A DNA stretch of 64,000 bases from Thermoplasmata archaeon (lineage in GTDB: Archaea; Thermoplasmatota; Thermoplasmata; Thermoplasmatales; Thermoplasmataceae): positions 2,783 to 66,782 of the forward strand of contig JAKADQ010000001.1 in the NCBI GenBank assembly GCA_021820405.1, read 5' to 3'. Positions 10,034 through 20,102 of the stretch are shown in pieces. The notes beneath the pieces are model-generated. The model had not been told where the DNA came from. It worked only from the letters and a program-made list of their open reading frames with translations, and did no database searches. The translations under genes were made by a program, and so were the position numbers. Every line of letters begins with the position of its first letter. Within the stretch, counting starts at the first letter, position 1.

Positions 10034-11563
10034 CTAATCATCGAGCAATCCTCTGATAATCTTCCTGTTCTCCACAGGATTCAATCTTCTGTTTCTCTGC
10101 TCGAGGGACTCTCTTAATAAGTTAACAACATCAACATCCCCACCGCCCTCTCTGGTCTCCCTTTTTCTGATTTTAACTATTACAGGAAATCTTACGAATT
10201 CTCCAACCAGGACGGCTTCACCTGTATTCAATGAAGGAAGGTCATTTATAACACTGGCACTTACGCCTTCGCAGCTCTCTTCAATCGCCTTCTGATCCAT
10301 TGGATTTGTAATTCTCAAAATTATCTGGGAATTACACTGGCTCAGAACATCCTGATCGATCTTCCCTGGCCTCTGGGTGATCACCACCAAAAACATCCCA
10401 AATTTCCTACCTTCAGAGGCAATTTTTTTAATAAGATCTGGAAGTTTGCCTTTGTTTTCTCTGCCAACAAAATTATGGGCCTCTTCAATGAACACGAAGA
10501 CTGGATATCTGAAGGTTCCAGACACCTTTGCATCATAAATTTCATCAAGCACCCTAAGGCAAAAATAAGACATCACATCCTGATCAAGCCCTGATAGATC
10601 AAGGATGGACAGCTGCCCCTCCCTGAGATAGGTTTCAAGGGTTGTTGTGGTATTACCGAATATTCCCTTTATAGCCTTAAGCAGTGAGATTCTTCCAGAG
10701 ATCCTTCCTCTTTCATTCTTTTCTAAAGATTGGTATGATTTCAGAAAATCCTCCAGATCACCCTTGCCTCTGGTTCCTTCAAGGATCTTCCTGGTAATCT
10801 CCCGGAGCGTTGTCCATTCATCATCAATCCGCATTATATCGAAGAGATCATTTTCATCCAGATCCTGAAATCTGATAGTAAACTGCTCTGTCAGGGCATT
10901 CAGTTCTTTGCTGTATCTTCCTGTACTTAAGGGTGTTTTGAAGACCTTTGTGAAATCTCCAATCTCTCTTTCAGCTTTCATTAAGGCATAGTCTGCATGA
11001 GGGTCCAAAACAACAACAGTTGCACCTTTCCTGATTAACTCCTCTATCATTACGGCTGCAGTATTGCTTTTTCCAGCCCCTGTTTGAGCCATGATTGCAA
11101 CATGTCTGCGAAGACCATTGATGGATGCACCAACACCGACAGATCTGTAGTTTGATAGGGTCCCAAGAACTATGGAATCATTGTGGGAATATCCAAAAAG
11201 TGTCCTCATTTCATCCTCGGTCGATCTCCTGACAGGCTCTCCTGGCCTTATGAGAATTCTGTTTCCCTTTAATACTTCACCTTTTGAATTTATGGATCCA
11301 ACAGTTCTGCATACAGCAATATCAACACTCTTTGTTGAAATATTTTTGATCAATTCCTTAAGCCTTTCGTAAGTAATACTCTCCTGAATCATTTCATTGA
11401 AGGACTGCAGCCTCTCTACCCTTCCAATTATTTGAGAAGTACCAATAGTCAATGTTACATATTCCCATTTTTTAATCTCAATGGCAGGGTTCAGAACAAA
11501 CCTGAATACATCACTATCATTCTGTCCAGTTGTGAAACCAATGTTCTGTTCCACTTCATCCAT
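10034..11563 (-). CDS. herA: Bipolar DNA helicase HerA
   Basis: HAS-barrel-like N-terminus, AQTGAGKS, LDPHADY, IEEAHNF, EGRKFG, TQRP; upstream of mre11-rad50. Confidence 0.95.
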   Translation of the reverse strand: MDEVEQNIGFTTGQNDSDVFRFVLNPAIEIKKWEYVTLTIGTSQIIGRVERLQSFNEMIQESITYERLKELIKNISTKSVDIAVCRTVGSINSKGEVLKGNRILIRPGEPVRRSTEDEMRTLFGYSHNDSIVLGTLSNYRSVGVGASINGLRRHVAIMAQTGAGKSNTAAVMIEELIRKGATVVVLDPHADYALMKAEREIGDFTKVFKTPLSTGRYSKELNALTEQFTIRFQDLDENDLFDIMRIDDEWTTLREITRKILEGTRGKGDLEDFLKSYQSLEKNERGRISGRISLLKAIKGIFGNTTTTLETYLREGQLSILDLSGLDQDVMSYFCLRVLDEIYDAKVSGTFRYPVFVFIEEAHNFVGRENKGKLPDLIKKIASEGRKFGMFLVVITQRPGKIDQDVLSQCNSQIILRITNPMDQKAIEESCEGVSASVINDLPSLNTGEAVLVGEFVRFPVIVKIRKRETREGGGDVDVVNLLRESLEQRNRRLNPVENRKIIRGLLDD

Positions 11564-11674
11564 GAATAAGAGATTGGGAATACAGACTTAAACGCTTAGG
11601 TACACATTAGTTAATAAAAAAATCCTGCCATGGTGTATCAGTTATCGCTTTAAAAATTCACTCCATTTATTATA

Positions 11675-12475
11675 GGCTATCTTCTCCTTTGTTTTCGGTC
11701 TGTACGGATAACATAATCTTATCACTATTCCGTAGTATTCAGCAAAGTCCATGAATTTAGGATTGAATCTGGATTCTGATACCTTTATTTTCTAATCTAT
11801 TACGACCTGCTTAAGGTTGTCATATAGAATTATATCTGTGAATCCTCCAAAGAAGGAGAATGCGTTGAGATGCATTTTAATGACATTTTCTGTGAATATG
11901 TCGGTTGTGAATTCAACATAACGCATTCTTGAATAACCCAGTATCATGGAGAATGCGTAGATTTCTCTCCAATTCCATCAATATCTATGTATCCGAATTC
12001 ACCGAAATCCACCTGTGACTGTTTTCCAGGTTTAGTCTCATAGCGGTATACCGCCTGTATCCTGCGATCCTTTCGCAGTTCATGGCAGTAATCCTTCAGT
12101 ATTGTGTATTTGCCATCATATCCTAACTTTCTGATCTCTTCAAATCCTGACAACTGAAAGATTGTGCTCATCTATCAGTGAACGTATATTTTCTTTATAT
12201 GGATCAAGCTTTGATCCCCTGTGCCTTTTCTTTTTCTCCTGTATCCTTGTTTTTCTGAGCATCCTGCTTACTGTATTCCTCGATACACCGAGTTGTCTTG
12301 CTATCTCCCGGTTGCTCATTCCCATTTCTTTAAGATTCCTTATCATTCTCCTCACCTCCAGCCCGTACAATCATGATCCCCTTCCATATGAGGAAATGGA
12401 TCAAAATTAAACCGGCGATCTGGATCACTTTTATTCCGGCGAAAATGCACAAAAATCAACCGGAGATTGTGATCA
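11675..12475 (-). mobile_element. IS21-family remnant (frameshifted, truncated istA with intact left end)
   Basis: HTH N-terminus GMSNREIARQLGVSRNTV, RYETKPGKQSQVDFG, ILYDN, CYPYRPKTK across frames; end begins TG (CA at 12474-12475) with three 24-bp-period repeats (CCGG at 12412, 12436, 12460). Confidence 0.9.
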
Positions 12476-12721
12476 TGTACACTATCAAATGAGAATTCCC
12501 TTCATAATAACCTATCTACCGAGAAATGTAAGAATTAATTTGCTTCACTGATAATCATTACTGCTTTACCTAATAAAATTCAACTTGTTATAATGCTTTC
12601 TATCGCATTGTAGAATTCAGATGATCTAGTATTTTAAAGATTCATGGAGAATGACAATGGAGTAATGAAAAGGTTTTCGGTGATAGTTTTTGAAAATCTT
12701 CATTAGGTTAATTTTGAGATA

Positions 12722-12961
12722 TTACTTATTAACTTTATGTAAAAAAATATAAAGCCTGTTTGTTATAGCAAGGTAAATGCCATATATGGTGTATGCAATT
12801 AGTATGATGACAAATAAGATAGCACCATTCAAACTATTAAGATTTATCAAGACGGGTACATGACTGAAATGATTTACGGATAATATTACACCAGCTGCTT
12901 CATATACAAAGAAGACAAGACCTATGAGCATAAAAATAAAATGTACTATTCCTTTTCTCAT
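12722..12961 (-). CDS. Small two-TM membrane protein (79 aa), candidate immunity protein
   Basis: ATG 2 nt after the upstream stop; two hydrophobic helices with basic ends; function inferred. Confidence 0.65.
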   Translation of the reverse strand: MRKGIVHFIFMLIGLVFFVYEAAGVILSVNHFSHVPVLINLNSLNGAILFVIILIAYTIYGIYLAITNRLYIFLHKVNK

Positions 12962-12963
12962 TT

Positions 12964-13740
12964 TCAGTACCCCCAAGGAATATCGTACTCGGGAGCCGAT
13001 ATGAACCCTCCACCCCAATAAGACATGTCTATGTTAATCCCATTGAAGTCACCGTACGCATCCATAAACGTAATGTATGCCGCACCAAGAGCAAGAACGA
13101 GTGATACTATAGCCGCAACAAGACCTCCGACAACTGTTACTCCTACAATAGCGGCTATAAAAGCAGCTATGGCTGACCCAGCCGACATTAAAGCCGTGAG
13201 TTCTATAGTTTGTTGCTGGTTAAGAGGTATTGCAATTCCCAAAAAACCGTATGAAACACTCATTGGGTGTACATTGGGATATATTGGGTGTATTGTGCGG
13301 TATTCTTTATTTATTGTAAAAGTTATAGGCCCTCTCAGATTATTTGATATAATGGAATAAATAACCACATTCGTTGCTTCGCCATTATTTTTTATTAGTG
13401 TGAACAACGCAGAATGAACCACACCATTCACATACACGACCGTTCCAAGAGCATATTTATTAGCATTTGGTCCATTATATCTGATAGATTCTATGGAAAT
13501 CTTCTGTGCAGAAGTACCTATTACTTTCGTGTCTGAATAGGATTCTCTTAGTTCAAAGTAATTTGCAAACCTTATCATTCTTTCATTCATATTAACATTG
13601 TTGATACTTTTTGCGACAGATATCTCTGTATTTACTGGTTCCATTTGCTTCGCAAAGGGCACTCCTATAAACACAGAGGTTATGATCACTGCAATCACCG
13701 CTGTAGTTCCTAACAACTTCATTTTATTAGTCATTTCCAT
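12964..13740 (-). CDS. Secreted protein with Ala/Gly-rich hydrophobic C-terminal domain, candidate archaeocin precursor
   Basis: N-terminal signal/anchor, polar middle region, C-terminal AGSAIAAFIAAIVGVTVVGGLVAAIVSLVLALGAAY hairpin; AGGGGG RBS upstream. Confidence 0.7.
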   Translation of the reverse strand: MEMTNKMKLLGTTAVIAVIITSVFIGVPFAKQMEPVNTEISVAKSINNVNMNERMIRFANYFELRESYSDTKVIGTSAQKISIESIRYNGPNANKYALGTVVYVNGVVHSALFTLIKNNGEATNVVIYSIISNNLRGPITFTINKEYRTIHPIYPNVHPMSVSYGFLGIAIPLNQQQTIELTALMSAGSAIAAFIAAIVGVTVVGGLVAAIVSLVLALGAAYITFMDAYGDFNGINIDMSYWGGGFISAPEYDIPWGY

Positions 13741-13829
13741 TTACTTCCCCCTTTTTATCTAGTTAAATCAATATGTATATCGATAAATAATATTTAACCC
13801 TTATTGTAGTCTGGAGGTTAGGGTACTAT

Positions 13830-14700
13830 TCTATGACTGCCCACACTGAAAATATTGTGCCACACAGCGGTATAGCACAGAGCATTATCGATCATATAAT
13901 CCCTTCTCTTTGCCACGTTCTATCATAGCATATTCTTGTCTGCTACAAATCCTGATTTGAAATTTCTTCTCTGGTGTTATTGTTCCAGATGTGACATTTT
14001 ATCAGAATCAAACCCCTTCATCGTATCTTTCCATCTCTGTGATCCATTCAGATTAGCATCCTTCTTTGGTATTACAAAGACCTTTGTAACTCCAAGTTTA
14101 TCCACGTATAATGGGGATGAATAATACCTGTCAAGCCCGATAGAATTAATCTCCAACCCAAGGGCTGAGAAAAGGATCCATCGCCCTGTCATATGCCCGC
14201 TTTTCGAATCTTATGTATGACCCGAATGCTATGTAGAGCTAGGATTGCAGATACATTATGGCGAATGAATGTGCAAACAATCATTTCTTGTGACCCCTTG
14301 ATTCCTTTTGGTCCTCTCTTAATTCTGTATTTTGTTTAGCCCTATCCTTAAGATTATGTGCATGTGACTCATAGTTCTGCTTCGCTGTCACGGAATATCC
14401 AGTCCCATCGCCGCTGGCATCCGATCTTGTTATGCCTTTTCTCTTCATCATAAGCAAAAGCGGTACGTATTGCCATTATAACCTCATCATCTGAATATCA
14501 TATTTCCACGATCTTGTATGATGCATCTATTCCAGAAAGCATGCAGAAGACGGCAGGCATGTTTGCAAACATCCTGTTTGATTTGCCGACAAGCTGCTTT
14601 ATGAGAAGAAGCTTAACCCTTTGATCCAGCGACAGTGAATAAGGATGTCATGAACCATGTATAATCTGTATTATGGATAAAGATTCTGATGTGCTCCCTT
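13830..14700 (-). pseudogene. Degraded DDE transposase (ISNCY/ISA1214-like)
   Basis: Fragments RVKLLLIKQLVGKSNR, SGDGTGYS, LDRYYSSP...VIPKKDA, with many stops and frameshifts; boundaries approximate. Confidence 0.7.
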
Positions 14701-14704
14701 TGTC

Positions 14705-14855
14705 GTTTGGATGCTTATAAGATGGAAGGAAAGGTTTAGGAGAATCATAGAAAGGAAATGAATACCAGAAGGAGATTGATGATCTCAAGAGATTGGTGGG
14801 TGATCAGGCACTTGTTATTGATGTACATACCTATAAATGATTTTTAGGGAGGTTA
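14705..14855 (+). pseudogene. IS3-family orfA fragment
   Basis: Reads LIRWKERF and EYQKEIDDLKRLVGDQALVID (end of HTH plus leucine zipper). Confidence 0.6.
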
Positions 14856-14914
14856 AGGAGGGGATCGGTCTTCCGTTCTCACTATCCAGTCAACTGGAAG
14901 TTCCAAACTTTGTG

Positions 14915-16037
14915 AATATACCTGCCTGACAGATCATGATGGAAAGATTGTAGAAGAATATAAGATGCATAATACAGAGAAGAACTGGGCAGACTTCATG
15001 AAGAAGTATAACATAGATACAGAAATTTCAGTTGAAAAATCAACAGCCGGGAAATACGTAGCCCATCTGTTAAGAGATCATGGATTGCATGTGCACCTTG
15101 CAAATTCGAAGGAGTTAAAACTCATATGGAAGTCAAAGAAGAAAGACTGATAAAAATGATGTTAGGATTCTGGCAAGATTACTCCGCACAGGTGATCTTC
15201 TTGAATATTAACTTCCAGCAAAAGAGATAGAGGATATAGATAGAGGATATGATGACAATGATAAGATACAGAAGATCACTGGGTGAAGGCATAACTGCCA
15301 TAAAGAACAGGGTTCATGCGGTTCTGACACGCAATGGAATATCAATATCCTCATCAGATATCTTCGGCAGGCGATCCCTTCAGGTGATACTCGACTCTTC
15401 AAGGAATATGTCATTTGCAGATAATATTGTTCTTGCAGATCTCATATCACAATACAACGATATCAATGCACCTGTAAAGAATATGCAAAATCAGCTTGCA
15501 TCAACGGGAGAAGGGATTGAGAGTATTAAGATATTAATGACAGCACCGGGTATTGAATATTACACCGCTCTCGGTATATATTCTGAAATAGGAGACATAA
15601 CAAGATTTCCTGATGCTGAACACCTCTCATCATATACCGGTCTTGTTCCAAGGGTTGATCAGAGTGGAAACAGATCTGTATACGGGCATATAACAAAATC
15701 AGGCCCATCTGTATCGAGATTCTTCCTTGTGAGTCCGATGCATTCTCTGATCAAGCTGTCTCCATCATTCAAAAAAATATACAGAAAGATGAAGAAAAGG
15801 ATCGGAAAGAACAGGGCTATTATAGCAACAGCAAGGAAACTGGCAGTGATAATATTCAATATGCTTTCAAAGAATCAGCATTTCGTGGATGGTTGCATGT
15901 TTCAAAGGCTATATGAAAGAAAAATCAAGAACATGGAATCAAGTTCTAAAATGGCTCGTGAATTTCAACAGAAGGACACGGAAAAAATAATAGGGGAAGT
16001 TAACATGCGATCATCGTCAATAAAACTTCTTTCATGA
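14915..16037 (+). pseudogene. IS110-family transposase, inactivated
   Basis: VEKST, HLAN, KTDKNDVRILARLLR, TAPGI, EIGDITRF, SYTGLVPRVDQSG, ATARKL; frameshift near 15145, stop near 15209, 13-bp tandem duplication at 15225-15250. Confidence 0.9.
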
Positions 16038-16382
16038 CACCTTCATATATCCTTACAGCAGAGAGGTTATACTTGTCAATCCTCCCCCTTACATAATCGG
16101 TGTAAGGGGCAATGACAGACTGTCTCCCCTCTCTGCTGTATTTGGCAGGTTTCTGCATTGCGATATATTTCCTCACAGTTTTCCTGCTCACTCCAGTTCT
16201 CCTTGCTATCTCACTTATGCTCATTCCCTGTTCTTTCATAACCTTAAACATATGCCAATCCTCCGCTGTAATCGCATTTACCATCTCCAGAATGAAAATA
16301 CATGGGGCAGTAAATATTCAATGGCTCATTCTGGATACTTTTCAATGGCCAAAAAAGGGGTAAATTTGAATGGGCGATTACA
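16038..16382 (-). mobile_element. Second IS21-family remnant (left end plus istA N-terminus)
   Basis: GMSISEIARRTGVSRKTVRKY HTH; end TGTAATCGCCCATT at 16382 with three repeats (ATGG at 16321, 16345, 16370). Confidence 0.85.
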
Positions 16383-16788
16383 CTCTGATAGACTGCCTTT
16401 GCCGTCAACTGAATACTGGCATACTTTAGATGACGTCCTTACACAATACGTTATGCATAACGATAACAAGTTTGATTACGATAATGAAGGAATATCCCAT
16501 AGGAAACACATCATTGCTGATTGGATAAGATACATAGGCAAGGAAACCAATAATCTTGACGAAACACAGATTACTGGTATTGATTCAGATTCATACCTTG
16601 AGTATGATTACCTCAGGGAATTCTATGCATGGGTCTTGACATTGAAGCCTAAAGACGTTAAGGGCGAGAATATATCCGAAAGAGGATTAAGAAATATTAA
16701 ACAGAAAATCAGGAATGGAAGCGGATTAAAAAACAGATCAAAAATTATTAAAATCCTTTTTAAAAAATACTTAAATATGGATAATTAA
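16383..16788 (+). pseudogene. C-terminal fragment of a casposon-type family B DNA polymerase
   Basis: YWHTLDDVLTQYVMHNDNKF...GISHRKHI...IRYIGKETNNLDE followed by an HTH-like tail, as recalled for casposon PolB; cut off exactly at the IS21 end. Confidence 0.65.
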
Positions 16789-16812
16789 AATTCTTAAATT
16801 GAAAATTAAAAA

Positions 16813-16842
16813 CAGCACGTTTTTCGCTCTTATCTATATCCC
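16813..16842 (-). repeat. Putative casposon terminal inverted repeat (single end)
   Basis: Minus strand reads GGGATATAGATAAGAGCGAAAAACGTGCTG, starting 11 nt after the tRNA 3' end; partner end not found in the window. Confidence 0.6.
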
Positions 16843-16853
16843 AACATATAGAA

Positions 16854-16926
16854 TGGGCCTGGCCGGATTCGAACCGGCGATCTTCGCTGTGTGAGAGCGA
16901 CGTCATAACCACTGGACTACAAGCCC
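16854..16926 (-). tRNA. tRNA-Val(CAC)
   Basis: GGGCTTGTAGTCCAGTGGTTATGACGTCGCTCTCACACAGCGAAGATCGCCGGTTCGAATCCGGCCAGGCCCA; cloverleaf, anticodon stem TCGCT/AGCGA, loop CT-CAC-AC, no intron. Confidence 0.98.
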
Positions 16927-17128
16927 TCCATTGTAATTTTATTCAGGTTAAAAGTCTTTTAGATATGACATACCAAAAGGGAGGAAGGAGAGAGCAGAGA
17001 GTGAGCGATTTCATTTTTTAACGTATTTATCTTCAACATGCGATAGGCTGCATTCATATTCATTGTTTTTGTTCTTAAAGAAATTTACAAGAGCAAATCC
17101 TATTTATCATAACATACAATAATTGATC

Positions 17129-18769
17129 ATGAAGGACCAATTTGAAAAGATTTTTCGAGGGAAGGATTTAAATTATTATTCGGACGATCTACCATTGATC
17201 TCCTTTCTTTCATATCTCAAAATAGGAAATAAAAAGGGAATGGAGGAACTTGGAAAATATGTCTCTTCAGAGCTTATTGAAATAATGGATTTTGTCGATC
17301 ATAAGGGAAAGCCTGAATTGATCACATGGGATCTGGACGGCAAAAGGATTGATTATGTCAGGCTTTCTCCTGAACATAGAAAGGCTTTGGATAGATTGCA
17401 GCAACTCGGTGTTGTGAGAAAAAGTGCAAGCGGTGAGGATGACTGGTTATATCATTATATCAGTGGATATGTAATCTCAGACTCCGGAATATTCTGTACT
17501 CTGACACTGACAGCCCAAACTGCCTATGGGATAAAGAAATATGGGAATAGCTCAGAGATGAAGGAATTTTTAATTAAATATCTGGATGAAAAGGAGCCAT
17601 GGTACGGCGCAACCTATTACAGCGAGACTCAGGGAGGCAGTGATCTTGGGGCAAACAATACAATGGCGGTCAATGAGGATGGCAAATGGTATTTAACAGG
17701 TTCAGACAAATACTTTGCAAGCGATGCGGGTATCGCCGATGGTGCCATCGTTACTGCAAAGTATAAGGAAGGGGGAGTAAGATCATTGGCCCTGTTCTTT
17801 GTGCCATCAATTAACACAAAAGGAGGACTTAATTACCAGATCAGAAGATTGAAGAATAAGATGGGAACCATTGCTGTACCGAGTGGAGAAGTTGAGATGA
17901 ATAAATCCGAGGCTTATCTGATCGGAGAGAAGGAAAATGGAATCTATTACGCTATGGAAATTCTGACAGTATCAAGAATAGATGATGCCCTCGCTGCGGT
18001 AGGCATTGCCAGAAAGGCTCTATGGGAGGCATATCTTCATGCTGAGAGAAGGTCGTCCTTCGGTAAAAAACTGATCGAGCATCCATTGATGATCAGGGAT
18101 CTTACAACCATGGAGGTTGAACTAGAGGGTGCCACATTGATATCTCTTTATGCGGCTAAACTTTTCAATGATGTATACGATTCAAAACCACCTTACGATA
18201 ATAATTATAATTACGCAAGGTTCATTTCCCATATTGCAAAAAATATGGCAGCATGGACATCAGACCACATCACTCAATATTCAATGGAAATTTTTGGAGG
18301 AATCGGTTTCTTTGAGGAATTTCCTGTGGCAAAGTTTCACAGAGATGCTCTCGTCACATCCATATGGGAAGGAACAAGCAACATACAATCCTTAGACATG
18401 CTGGAAGCAATAATGAAGAAAAATGCAGCTGAAATGTTCTTCAATAAAATGGAAAAACTCATAGAAAATATAAAAGATAAAGAAGTAAAAGAGAAAATCA
18501 AAATAGCTCAAGAAAAAACCATAAGATACTTCGAAGATGCTATAAAATCTGGCTATGCAGAGTGCCATTCAAAGGAGCTTCTTAGAAAACTTGGAGAGTT
18601 TTGTGAGATCTGCCTTATGTATGATCTATATGAAAATAGCAAGAAGGATAGGGACCTCCATGTTGCAAATCTATTATTTACCACCCTATACAGAAAAGAT
18701 GAGGTAATTGAAACATCCCTATTCAAAATGGACATCATTGATTGGATGTCAAAGAAGCAATATTCCTAA
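17129..18769 (+). CDS. Acyl-CoA dehydrogenase (AidB-like)
   Basis: SETQGGSDLG, KYFAS, RRLKNKMGT, GGIGF, SIWEGTSNI. Confidence 0.9.
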   Translation: MKDQFEKIFRGKDLNYYSDDLPLISFLSYLKIGNKKGMEELGKYVSSELIEIMDFVDHKGKPELITWDLDGKRIDYVRLSPEHRKALDRLQQLGVVRKSASGEDDWLYHYISGYVISDSGIFCTLTLTAQTAYGIKKYGNSSEMKEFLIKYLDEKEPWYGATYYSETQGGSDLGANNTMAVNEDGKWYLTGSDKYFASDAGIADGAIVTAKYKEGGVRSLALFFVPSINTKGGLNYQIRRLKNKMGTIAVPSGEVEMNKSEAYLIGEKENGIYYAMEILTVSRIDDALAAVGIARKALWEAYLHAERRSSFGKKLIEHPLMIRDLTTMEVELEGATLISLYAAKLFNDVYDSKPPYDNNYNYARFISHIAKNMAAWTSDHITQYSMEIFGGIGFFEEFPVAKFHRDALVTSIWEGTSNIQSLDMLEAIMKKNAAEMFFNKMEKLIENIKDKEVKEKIKIAQEKTIRYFEDAIKSGYAECHSKELLRKLGEFCEICLMYDLYENSKKDRDLHVANLLFTTLYRKDEVIETSLFKMDIIDWMSKKQYS

Positions 18770-18956
18770 AAAAATTTATTTTGATTTGACCATATTTACT
18801 TCCAACAAATTTTCTTTTTCAAATGAGCAATATCATTATTGATACGAATCATAAAATTTATGCACTTATTTTATGCAGATCTCAATTATTAAGCCATTTT
18901 GTCTCATGGTTTAAGTAGTCTGGTGAAAAATATTAACATAGAGGATATTTAGGTTT

Positions 18957-20102
18957 ATGGAAGGATTGAGTCAGGAGGAAATCGATGTATTACAATATGT
19001 AAGGAGATTTGCAAAGGAAGAGGTAAAACCTCTGGCAAGGGAAATCGATGCCAAGGAGGAGGTTCCCAAAAAACTTATCGACAGAATGAAGGAGCTCGGC
19101 CTGTTTGCGAGTTATCTTCCGAAGGAATATGGAGGGTACGGAATGAGTTTCTCCTTCTTGATGCACACCATTGAAGAGATTTCCAAAGCATGTCCGAGCA
19201 CCGCTCTTGTGCTTGACGGTGCTCTTACGTTGTTTGCAGAACCAGTTCTGATGTTCGGCAGTGAGGATATTAAGAAAAGATATCTTCCAAGGGTGGTCAA
19301 CGGGGAGATAGGTGGCCTAGCTCTGACAGAGCCCGGTGCGGGAAGCGATGCAGCTGCTATTAAAACATCCGCGGTCAAGGAAGGAAATGATTATGTGATA
19401 AACGGTTCAAAGATATTCATATCCAATGGTAGGCTTGCTAAATTTTATGTCGTAGACGTAGTAACAGATCCAACCAAGGGCCATAAAGGGATTTCAACCT
19501 TTGTGGTCGATGCAGACACCCCAGGATTCAAAATTTCAAGGGATATTCACAAAATGGGAATAAAAGGGTCATCCACTGTGGAGCTTGTATTTGAAAACGT
19601 GAGAGTTCCTGAGTCAAATATGGTTGGAAAGCTCAATGAAGGCTTCAAAGTAGTGATGGAAACCCTCGATGCAGGAAGAATTGGAATAGCATGCCAGGCA
19701 CTCGGAATTGCAAGGGCAGCCTTCGAAGAAGCCGTTGAGTATGTACAGCAGAGAAAGCAGTTTGGACAGCCAATATCAAATTTTGAGGCAATTCAATTCA
19801 TGATTGCAGATATGGCCACAGAGATTGAAGCGGCAAGCCTGTTAACATACGACGCAGCCAGGAAATGGGATGATCATCAACCATGCGTTAAGCCCTCTTC
19901 TATGGCTAAGCTGAAAGCATCAGATGTGGCAATGAAAGTAACTACCGAATGCCTGCAACTGTTTGGCGGATATGGATATACAACAGATCTGGATGCAGAG
20001 AGGCATATGAGGGATGCAAAAATAACCCAGATTTATGAAGGGACAAACCAGATCCAGAGGTTGATCATATCCAAGGAGGTATTCAGGGAAATTCGCCCAT
20101 GA
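18957..20102 (+). CDS. Short-chain acyl-CoA dehydrogenase
   Basis: ALTEPGAGSD, NGSKIFISNG, RKQFG, GGYGY, IYEGTNQIQR. Confidence 0.95.
   Translation: MEGLSQEEIDVLQYVRRFAKEEVKPLAREIDAKEEVPKKLIDRMKELGLFASYLPKEYGGYGMSFSFLMHTIEEISKACPSTALVLDGALTLFAEPVLMFGSEDIKKRYLPRVVNGEIGGLALTEPGAGSDAAAIKTSAVKEGNDYVINGSKIFISNGRLAKFYVVDVVTDPTKGHKGISTFVVDADTPGFKISRDIHKMGIKGSSTVELVFENVRVPESNMVGKLNEGFKVVMETLDAGRIGIACQALGIARAAFEEAVEYVQQRKQFGQPISNFEAIQFMIADMATEIEAASLLTYDAARKWDDHQPCVKPSSMAKLKASDVAMKVTTECLQLFGGYGYTTDLDAERHMRDAKITQIYEGTNQIQRLIISKEVFREIRP

Noticed and set aside
11821-11830. CATATAGAAT, a partial match to the proposed casposon target duplication
   Set aside because: It lies inside the istA ILYDN codons and is not followed by GGGATATAG; coincidental
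13276-13284. GGGATATAT, resembling a second casposon end
   Set aside because: Inside the intact 258-aa gene (IYP codons), with no extended similarity and no flanking duplication
14860-16100. Bridge RNA or intact ends for the IS110 element
   Set aside because: Both flanks are replaced by other IS fragments; no non-coding end could be delimited
16252-16788. 178-aa ORF in the ORF track
   Set aside because: Chimeric: the first ~44 codons are the IS21 end read on the opposite strand; only 16383 onward is gene-derived
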